From Utricularia gibba (lineage: Eukaryota; Plantae; Magnoliophyta), in contig NEEC01000485.1 in assembly GCA_002189035.1 (NCBI GenBank), forward strand, positions 1 through 23,580: a DNA stretch of 23,580 bases, in the 5' to 3' direction. The notes under the pieces were generated by a model that saw nothing but the letters and a program-made list of their open reading frames with translations, did not search any database and was not told where the DNA came from. The position numbers and the translations under genes are program-made. Position 1 is the first letter of the stretch. Every line of letters begins with the position of its first letter. This document shows, piece by piece, positions 1-9,700 of the stretch.

Positions 1-3000
1 TTATGATGTCACGTGCACCCCACATGATTTTTTCAACAACTTACTTTATACTTGAGCAGGCGGTCTTTGGGTGCACCTGGAACGGGACAAAGGTAATGTT
101 TGGCTTGCACGAGAGTTAGTTGTAGTCCGGCAAATAAAGTGATGTATTTATTATCGTTCGGTTTTCGGGGCTGCCTACATGGTTTTTCAAGGAACAGCTT
201 CTCGTTTTTGTGGCGGCCAGTCTCGCTGGGAACTTGGTCCTTGACCCCGATTCTGTATGGCTCATGAGGTCAACTGGATGCAAATCGATTAAAAAAAATG
301 ATGCATTTGTTTAAATTATGATGTCACGTGCACCCCACATGATTTTTTCAACAACTTACTTTATACTTGAGCAGGCGGTCTTTGGGTGCACCTGGAACGG
401 GACAAAGGTAAGTTTGGCTTGCACCGAGAGTTAGTTGTAGTCCGGCAAATAAAGTGATGTATTTATTATCGTTCGGTTTTCGGGGGCTGCCTACATGGTT
501 TTTCAAGGAACCGCTTCTCGTTTTGTGGCGGCCAGTCTCGCTGGGAACTTGGTCCTTGACCCGATTCTGTATGGCTCATGAGGTCAACTGGATGCAAATC
601 GATTAAAAAAAATGATGCATTTTTTAAATTATGATGTCACGTGCACCCACATGATTTTTTCAACAACTTACTTTATACTTGAGCAGGCGGTCTTTGGGTG
701 CACCTGGAACGGGACAAAGGTAATGTTGGCTTGCACCGAGAGTTAGTTGTAGTCCGGCAAATAAAGTGATGTATTTATTATCGTTCGGTTTTCGGGGTGC
801 CTACATGGTTTTTCAAGGAACCGCTTCTCGTTTTGTGGCGGCCAGTCTCGCTGGGAACTTGGTCCTTGACCCGATTCTGTATGGCTCATGAGGTCAACTG
901 GATGCAAATCGATTAAAAAAATGATGCATTTTTTAAATTATGATGTCACGTGCACCCCACATGATTTTTTCAACAACTTACTTTATACTTGAGCAGGCGT
1001 CTTTGGGTGCACTGGAACGGGACAAAGGTAATGTTTGGCTTGCACCGAGAGTTAGTTGTAGTCCGGGCAAATAAAGTGATGTATTTATTATCGTTCGGTT
1101 TTCGGGGCTGCCTACATGGTTTTTCAAGGAACCGCTTCTCGTTTTGTGGCGGCCAGTCTCGCTGGGAACTTGGTCCTTGACCGATTCTGTATGGCTCATG
1201 AGGTCAACTGGATGCAAATCGATTAAAAAAAATGATGCATTTGTTTAAATTATGATGTCACGTGCACCCACATGATTTTTTCAACAACTTACTTTATACT
1301 TGAGCAGGCGGTCTTTGGGTGCACCTGGAACGGGACAAAGGTAATGTTTGGCTTGCACCGAGAGTTAGTTGTAGTCCGGCAAATAAAGTGATGTATTTAT
1401 TATCGTTCGGTTTTCGGGGGCTGCCTACATGGTTTTTCAAGGAACGCTTCTCGTTTTGTGGCGGCCAGTCTCGCTGGGAACTTGGTCCTTGACCCCGATT
1501 CTGTATGGCTCATGAGGTCAACTGGATGCAAATCGATTAAAAAAAATGATGCATTTGTTTAAATTATGATGTCACGTGCACCCCACATGATTTTTTCAAC
1601 AACTTACTTTATACTTGAGCAGGCGGTCTTTGGGTGCACCTGGAACGGGACAAAGGTAATGTTTGGCTTGCACCGAGAGTTAGTTGTAGTCCGGCAAATA
1701 AAGTGATGTATTTATTATCGTTCGGTTTTCGGGGCTGCCTACATGGTTTTTCAAGGAACCGCTTCTCGTTTTGTGGCGGCCAGTCTCGCTGGGAACTTGG
1801 TCCTTGACCCCGATTCTGTATGGCTCATGAGGTCAACTGGATGCAAATCGATTAAAAAAAATGATGCATTTGTTTAAATTATGATGTCACGTGCACCCCA
1901 CATGATTTTTTCAACAACTTACTTTATACTTGAGCAGGCGGTCTTTGGGTGCACCTGGAACGGGACAAAGGTAATGTTTGGCTTGCACCGAGAGTTAGTT
2001 GTAGTCCGCAAATAAAGTGATGTATTTATTATCGTTCGGTTTTTCGGGGGCTGCCTACATGGTTTTTCAAGGAACCGCTTCTCGTTTTGTGGCGGCCAGT
2101 CTCGCTGGGAACTTGGTCCTTGACCCCGATTCTGTATGGCTCATGAGGTCAACTGGATGCAAATCGATTAAAAAAAATGATGCATTTGTTTAAATTATGA
2201 TGTCACGTGCACCCCACATGATTTTTTCAACAACTTACTTTATACTTGAGCAGGCGGTCTTTGGGTGCACCTGGAACGGGACAAAGGTAATGTTTGGCTT
2301 GCACCGAGAGTTAGTTGTAGTCCGGCAAATAAAGTGATGTATTTATTATCGTTCGGTTTTCGGGGGCTGCCTACATGGTTTTTCAAGGAACGCTTCTCGT
2401 TTTGTGGCGGCCAGTCGCTGGGAACTTGGTCCTTGACCCCGATTCTGTATGGCTCATGAGGTCAACTGGATGCAAATCGATTAAAAAAAATGATGCATTT
2501 GTTTAAATTATGATGTCACGTGCACCCACATGATTTTTTCAACAACTTTATACTTGAGCAGGCGGTCTTGGGTGCACCTGGAACGGGACAAAGGTAATGT
2601 TTGGCTTGCACCGAGAGTTAGTTGTAGTCCGGCAAATAAAGTGATGTATTTATTATCGTTCGGTTTTCGGGGCTGCCTACATGGTTTTTCAAGGAACCGC
2701 TTCTCGTTTTGTGGCGGCCAGTCTCGCTGGGAACTTGGTCCTTGACCCCGATTCTGTATGGCTCATGAGGTCAACTGGATGCAAATCGATTAAAAAAAAT
2801 GATGCATTTGTTTAAATTATGATGTCACGTGCACCCCACATGATTTTTTCAACAACTTACTTTATACTTGAGCAGGCGGTCTTTGGGTGCACTGGAACGG
2901 GACAAAGGTAAGGTTTGGCTTGCACCGAGAGTTAGTTGTAGTCCGGCAAATAAAGTGATGTATTTATTATCGTTCGGTTTTTCGGGGCTGCCTACATGGT

Positions 3001-3446
3001 TTTTAAGGAACCGCTTCTCGTTTTGTGGCCAGTCTCGCTGGGAACTTGGTCCTTGACCCGATTCTGTATGGCTCATGAGGTCAACTGGATGCAAATCGAT
3101 TAAAAAAAATGATGCATTTGTTTAAATTATGATGTCACGTGCACCCCACATGATTTTTTCAACAACTTACTTTATACTTGAGCAGGCGGTCTTTGGTGCA
3201 CCTGGAACGGGACAAAGGTAATGTTTGGCTTGCACCGAGAGTTAGTTGTAGTCCGGCAAATAAAGTGATGTATTTATTATCGTTCGGTTTCGGGGGCTGC
3301 CTACATGGTTTTTCAAGGAACCGCTTCTCGTTTTGTGGCGGCCAGTCTCGCTGGGAACTTGGTCCTTGACCCGATTCTGTATGGCTCATGAGGTCAACTG
3401 GATGCAAATCGATTAAAAAAAATGATGCATTTGTTTAAATTATGAT

Positions 3447-3454
3447 GTCACGTG
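3447..3454 (+). promoter_or_regulatory. GTCACGTG E-box/G-box (bHLH-ZIP type; also fits RTCACRTG), one per monomer; function unproven
   Basis: Exact match containing the CACGTG palindrome. Sequence match only. Confidence 0.2.
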
Positions 3455-3515
3455 CACCCCACATGATTTTTTCAACAACTTACTTTATACTTGAGCAGGC
3501 GGTCTTTGGGTGCAC
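3452..3515. repeat. 8-bp inverted repeat GTGCACCC / GGGTGCAC with 48-nt spacer (in every monomer)
   Basis: GTGCACCC at 3452-3459 is the reverse complement of GGGTGCAC at 3508-3515; each arm contains the palindrome GTGCAC. Confidence 0.85.
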
Positions 3516-3572
3516 CTGGAACGGGACAAAGGTAATGTTTGGCTTGCACCGAGAGTTAGTTGTAGTCCGGCA

Positions 3573-3592
3573 AATAAAGTGATGTATTTATT
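3573..3592. other. Opposed AATAAA hexamers (AATAAA on +, TTTATT = AATAAA on -) forming a 6-bp inverted repeat with an 8-nt loop
   Basis: AATAAA at 3573-3578 and TTTATT at 3587-3592, separated by GTGATGTA. The match is direct; a polyadenylation role is speculative. Confidence 0.3.
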
Positions 3593-3717
3593 ATCGTTCG
3601 GTTTTCGGGGGCTGCCTACATGGTTTTTCAAGGAACCGCTTCTCGTTTTGTGGCGGCCAGTCTCGCTGGGAACTTGGTCCTTGACCCCGATTCTGTATGG
3701 CTCATGAGGTCAACTGG

Positions 3718-3725
3718 ATGCAAAT
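3718..3725 (+). promoter_or_regulatory. Exact octamer motif ATGCAAAT (POU/Oct consensus), one per monomer; function unproven
   Basis: Exact 8-mer match in CTGG-ATGCAAAT-CGAT. Sequence match only. Confidence 0.25.
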
Positions 3726-3728
3726 CGA

Positions 3729-3754
3729 TTAAAAAAAATGATGCATTTGTTTAA
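3729..3754. repeat. AT-rich imperfect hairpin/palindrome at the end of the monomer
   Basis: TT-A(7-8)-TG-[ATG]-CA-TTTGTTT-AA forms an ~11-bp stem with one A/G mismatch and a 3-nt loop. Confidence 0.7.
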
Positions 3755-6700
3755 ATTATGATGTCACGTGCACCCCACATGATTTTTTCAACAACTTACT
3801 TTATACTTGAGCAGGCGGTCTTTGGTGCACCTGGAACGGGACAAAGGAATTTGGCTTGCACCGAGAGTTAGTTGTAGTCCGGCAAATAAAGTGATGTATT
3901 TATTATCGTTCGGTTTTCGGGGGCTGCCTACATGGTTTTTCAAGGAACCGCTTCTCGTTTTGTGGCGGCCAGTCTCGCTGGAAACTTGGTCCTTGACCCG
4001 ATTCTGTATGGCTCATGAGGTCAACTGGATGCAAATCGATTAAAAAAAATGATGCATTTTTTAAATTATGATGTCACGTGCACCCCACATGATTTTTTCA
4101 ACAACTTACTTTATACTTGAGCAGGCGGTCTTTGGGTGCACCTGGAACGGGACAAAGGCTTGCACCGAGAGTTAGTTTAGTCCGGCAAATAAAGTGATGT
4201 ATTTATTATCGTTCGGTTTTCGGGGGCTGCCTACATGGTTTTTCAAGGAACCGCTTCTCGTTTTGTGGCGGCCAGTCTCGCTGGGAACTTGGTCCTTGAC
4301 CCGATTCTGTATGGCTCATGAGGAACTGGATGCAAATCGATTAAAAAAATGATGCATTTGTTTAAATTATGATGTCACGTGCACCCCACATGATTTTTTC
4401 AACAACTTACTTTATACTTGAGCAGGCGGTCTTTGGGTGCACCTGGAACGGGACAAAGGTTGTTTGGCTTGCACCGAGAGTTAGTTGTAGTCCGGCAAAT
4501 AAAGTGATGTATTTATTATCGTTCGGTTTTCGGGGGCTGCCTACATGGTTTTTCAAGGAACCGCTTCTCGTTTTGTGGCGGCCAGTCTCGCTGGAACTTG
4601 GTCCTTGACCCCGATTCTGTATGGCTCATGAGGTCAACTGGATGCAAATCGATTAAAAAAATGATGCATTTGTTTAAATTATGATGTCACGTGCACCCCA
4701 CATGATTTTTTCAACAACTTACTTTATACTTGAGCAGGCGGTCTTTGGGTGCACCTGGAACGGGACAAAGGTAAGTTTGGCTTGCACCGAGAGTTAGTTG
4801 TAGTCCGGCAAATAAAGTGATGTATTTTATCGTTCGGTTTTCGGGGGCTGCCTACATGGTTTTTCAAGGAACCGCTTCTCGTTTTGTGGCGGCCAGTCTC
4901 GCTGGGAACTTGGTCCTTGACCCCGATTCTGTATGGCTCATGAGGTCAACTGGATGCAAATCGATTAAAAAAATGATGCATTTGTTTAAATTATGATGTC
5001 ACGTGCACCCCACATGATTTTTTCAACAACTTACTTTATACTTGAGCAGGCGGTCTTTGGGTGCACCTGGAACGGGACAAAGGTAAGTTTGGCTTGCACC
5101 GAGAGTTAGTTGTAGTCCGGCAAATAAAGTGATGTATTTATTATCGTTCGGTTTTCGGGGGCTGCCTACATGGTTTTTCAAGGAACCGCTTCTCGTTTTG
5201 TGGCGGCCAGTCTCGCTGGGAACTTGGTCCTTGACCCCGATTCTGTATGGCTCATGAGGTCAACTGGATGCAAATCGATTAAAAAAAATGATGCATTTGT
5301 TTAAATTATGATGTCACGTGCACCCCACATGATTTTTTCAACAACTTACTTTATACTTGAGCAGGCGGTCTTTGGGTGCACTGGAACGGGACAAAGGTAA
5401 GTTTGGCTTGCACCGAGAGTTAGTTGTAGTCCGGCAAATAAAGTGATGTATTTATTATCGTTCGGTTTTCGGGGGCTGCCTACATGGTTTTTCAAGGAAC
5501 GCTTCTCGTTTTGTGGCGGCCAGTCTCGCTGGGAACTTGGTCCTTGACCCCGATTCTGTATGGCTCATGAGGTCAACTGGATGCAAATCGATTAAAAAAA
5601 ATGATGCATTTTTTTAAATTATGATGTCACGTGCACCCCACATGATTTTTTCAACAACTTACTTTATACTTGAGCAGGCGGTCTTTGGGTGCACCTGGAA
5701 CGGGACAAAGGTAAGTTTGGCTTGCACCGAGAGTTAGTTGTAGTCCGGCAAATAAAGTGATGTATTTATTATCGTTCGGTTTTCGGGGGCTGCCTACATG
5801 GTTTTTCAAGGAACCGCTTCTCGTTTTGTGGCGGCCAGTCTCGCTGGGAACTTGGTCCTTGACCCGATTCTGTATGGCTCATGAGGTCAACTGGATGCAA
5901 ATCGATTAAAAAAAATGATGCATTTGTTTAAATTATGATGTCACGTGCACCCCACATGATTTTTTCAACAACTTACTTTATACTTGAGCAGGCGGTCTTT
6001 GGGTGCACTGGAACGGGACAAAGGTAATGTTTGGCTTGCACCGAGAGTTAGTTGTAGTCCGGCAAATAAAGTGATGTATTTATTATCGTTCGTTTTCGGG
6101 GGCTGCCTACATGGTTTTTCAAGGAACCGCTTCTCGTTTTGTGGCGGCCAGTCTCGCTGGGAACTTGGTCCTTGACCCGATTCTGTATGGCTCATGAGGT
6201 CAACTGGATGCAAATCGATTAAAAAAAATGATGCATTTCTTTAAATTATGATGTCACGTGCACCCCACATGATTTTTTCAACAACTTACTTTATACTTGA
6301 GCAGGCGGTCTTTGGTGCACCTGGAACGGGACAAAGGTAATGTTTGGCTTGCACGAGAGTTAGTTGTAGTCCGGCAAATAAAGTGATGTATTTATTATCG
6401 TTCGGTTTTCGGGGGCTGCCTACATGGTTTTTCAAGGAACCGCTTCTCGTTTTGTGGCGGCCAGTCTCGCTGGGAACTTGGTCCTTGACCCCGATTCTGT
6501 ATGGCTCATGAGGTCAACTGGATGCAAATCGATTAAAAAAAATGATGCATTTGTTTAAATTATGATGTCACGTGCACCCACATGATTTTTTCAACAACTT
6601 ACTTTATACTTGAGCAGGCGGTCTTTGGGTGCACCTGGAACGGGACAAAGGTAAGTTTGGCTTGCACCGAGAGTTAGTTGTAGTCCGGCAAATAAAGTGA

Positions 6701-9700
6701 TGTATTTATTATCGTTCGGTTTTCGGGGCTGCCTACATGGTTTTTCAAGGAACCGCTTCTCGTTTTGTGGCGGCCAGTCTCGCTGGGAACTTGGTCCTTG
6801 ACCCGATTCTGTATGGCTCATGAGGTCAACTGGATGCAAATCGATTAAAAAAAATGATGCATTTGTTTAAATTATGATGTCACGTGCACCCACATGATTT
6901 TTTCAACAACTTACTTTATACTTGAGCAGGCGGTCTTTGGTGCACCTGGAACGGGACAAAGGTAAGTTTGGCTTGCACCGAGAGTTAGTTGTAGTCCGGC
7001 AAATAAAGTGATGTATTTATTATCGTTCGGTTTTCGGGGTGCCTACATGGTTTTTCAAGGAACCGCTTCTCGTTTGTGGCGGCCAGTCTCGCTGGGAACT
7101 TGGTCCTTGACCCCGATTCTGTATGGCTCATGAGGTCAACTGGATGCAAATCGATTAAAAAAAATGATGCATTTTTTTAAATTATGATGTCACGTGCACC
7201 CCACATGATTTTTTCAACAACTTACTTTATACTTGAGCAGGCGGTCTTTGGGTGCACCTGGAACGGGACAAAGGTAAGTTTGGCTTGCACCGAGAGTTAG
7301 TTGTAGTCCGGCAAATAAAGTGATGTATTTATTATCGTTCGTTTTCGGGGCTGCCTACATGGTTTTTCAAGGAACCGCTTCTCGTTTTGTGGCGGCCAGT
7401 CTCGCTGGGAACTTGGTCCTTGACCCGATTCTGTATGGCTCATGAGGTCAACTGGATGCAAATCGATTAAAAAAAATGATGCATTTGTTTAAATTATGAT
7501 GTCACGTGCACCCCACATGATTTTTTCAACAACTTACTTTATACTTGAGCAGGCGGTCTTTGGGTGCACCTGGAACGGGACAAAGGTAATGTTTGGCTTG
7601 CACCGAGAGTTAGTTGTAGTCCGGCAAATAAAGTGATGTATTTATTATCGTTCGGTTTTCGGGGCTGCCTACATGGTTTTTAAGGAACCGCTTCTCGTTT
7701 TGTGGCGGCCAGTCTCGCTGGGAACTTGGTCCTTGACCCCGATTCTGTATGGCTCATGAGGTCAACTGGATGCAAATCGATTAAAAAAATGATGCATTTG
7801 TTTAAATTATGATGTCACGTGCACCCACATGATTTTTTCAACAACTTACTTTATACTTGAGCAGGCGGTCTTTGGGTGCACCTGGAACGGGACAAAGGTA
7901 ATGTTTGGCTTGCACCGAGAGTTAGTTGTAGTCCGGCAAATAAAGTGATGTATTTATTATCGTTCGGTTTTCGGGGGCTGCCTACATGGTTTTTCAGGAA
8001 CCGCTTCTCGTTTTGTGGCGGCCAGTCTCGCTGGGAACTTGGTCCTTGACCCGATTCTGTATGGCTCATGAGGTCAACTGGAAAATCGATTAAAAAAAAT
8101 GATGCATTTTTTAAATTATGATGTCACGTGCACCCCACATGATTTTTTCAACAACTTACTTTATACTTGAGCAGGCGGTCTTTGGGTGCACCTGGAACGG
8201 GACAAAGGTAATGTTTGGCTTGCACCGAGAGTTAGTTGTAGTCCGGCAAATAAAGTGATGTATTTATTATCGTTCGGTTTTCGGGGCTGCCTACATGGTT
8301 TTTCAAGGAACGCTTCTCGTTTTGTGGCGGCCAGTCTCGCTGGGAACTTGGTCCTTGACCCGATTCTGTATGGCTCATGAGGTCAACTGGATGCAAATCG
8401 ATTAAAAAAAATGATGCATTTGTTTAAATTATGATGTCACGTGCACCCCACATGATTTTTCAACAACTTACTTTATACTTGAGCAGGCGGTCTTTGGGTG
8501 CACCTGGAACGGGACAAAGGTAATGTTTGGCTTGCACCGAGAGTTAGTTGTAGTCCGGCAAATAAAGTGATGTATTTATTATCGTTCGGTTTTCGGGGTG
8601 CCTACATGGTTTTTCAAGGAACCGCTTCTCGTTTTGTGGCGGCCAGTCTCGCTGGGAACTTGGTCCTTGACCCGATTCTGTATGGCTCATGAGGTCAACT
8701 GGATGCAAATCGATTAAAAAAAAATGATGCATTTGTTTAAATTATGATGTCACGTGCACCCCACATGATTTTTCAACAACTTACTTTATACTTGAGCAGG
8801 CGGTCTTTGGGTGCACCTGGAACGGGACAAAGGTTTGGCTTGCACCGAGAGTTAGTTGTAGTCCGGCAAATAAAGTGATGTATTTATTATCGTTCGGTTT
8901 TCGGGGGCTGCCTACATGGTTTTTCAAGGAACCGCTTCTCGTTTTGTGGCGGCCAGTCTCGCTGGAACTTGGTCCTTGACCCCGATTCTGTATGGCTCAT
9001 GAGGTCAACTGGATGCAAATCGATTAAAAAAAATGATGCATTTGTTTAAATTATGATGTCACGTGCACCCCACATGATTTTTTCAACAACTTACTTTATA
9101 CTTGAGCAGGCGGTCTTTGGGTGCACCTGGAACGGGACAAAGGTAAGTTTGGCTTGCACCGAGAGTTAGTTGTAGTCCGGCAAATAAAGTGATGTATTTA
9201 TTATCGTTCGGTTTTCGGGGGCTGCCTACATGGTTTTTCAAGGAACAGCTTCTCGTTTTGTGGCGGCCAGTCTCGCTGGGAACTTGGTCCTTGACCCGAT
9301 TCTGTATGGCTCATGAGGTCAACTGGATGCAAATCGATTAAAAAAAATGATGCATTTGTTTAAATTATGATGTCACGTGCACCCCACATGATTTTTTCAA
9401 CAACTTACTTTATACTTGAGCAGGCGGTCTTTGGGCACCTGGAACGGGACAAAGGTAATGTTTGGCTTGCACCGAGAGTTAGTTGTAGTCCGGCAAATAA
9501 AGTGATGTATTTATTATCGTTCGGTTTTCGGGGGCTGCCTACATGGTTTTTCAAGGAACCGCTTCTCGTTTTGTGGCGGCCAGTCTCGCTGGGAACTTGG
9601 TCCTTGACCCGATTCTGTATGGCTCATGAGGTCAACTGGATGCAAATCGATTAAAAAAAATGATGCATTTGTTTAAATTATGATGTCACGTGCACCCCAC

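Larger units (their letters stand above)
3440..3755 (+). repeat. Reference monomer (copy 12), 316 bp, equal to the majority consensus
   Basis: Runs TTATGATGTCACGTGCACCCC ... GATGCATTTGTTTAAA with full-length homopolymers (C4, T6, G5, C4, A8). Hand count: A74 C62 G78 T102, ~44% GC. True homopolymer lengths are uncertain by about 1 nt each. Confidence 0.9.

Noticed and set aside
3515-3519. Dcm methylation signature (CCTGG read as CTGG in a few copies)
   Set aside because: Other CC dinucleotides (AACCGC, CACCGA) lose a C about as often, so this looks like generic homopolymer error.
3529-3540. Spliced-leader RNA gene array (tandem unit with a GT donor)
   Set aside because: The upstream sequence matches no SL exon I know (nematode, trypanosomatid, dinoflagellate, flatworm, tunicate), and no clear Sm site follows.
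3527-3541. CRESS-virus origin (minus strand AAACATTAC in a hairpin)
   Set aside because: It mismatches NANTATTAC and the stem is only 4 bp, mostly A/T, unlike the long GC-rich stems of true origins.
3447-3570. Budding-yeast point centromere (GTCACGTG fits CDEI)
   Set aside because: There is no very AT-rich CDEII and no CDEIII downstream.
3496-3701. 5S rDNA array (minus strand has GCCATAC and AGACCGCCTG, both found in eukaryotic 5S rRNA)
   Set aside because: The two matches are ~196 nt apart instead of ~80, and the intervening sequence and internal control boxes do not match 5S.
3440-3755. Hammerhead retrozyme/viroid or box C/D snoRNA
   Set aside because: No CTGA occurs on either strand, so the CUGANGA core and box D are absent. 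RTGATG hexamers lack the final A of box C. No extended rod-like self-complementarity is evident by eye.
3739-3766. dif/Xer-like site (11-6-11 layout TGATGCATTTG-TTTAAA-TTATGATGTCA)
   Set aside because: Only TTATG matches the XerD arm; the XerC arm and dyad symmetry are poor.
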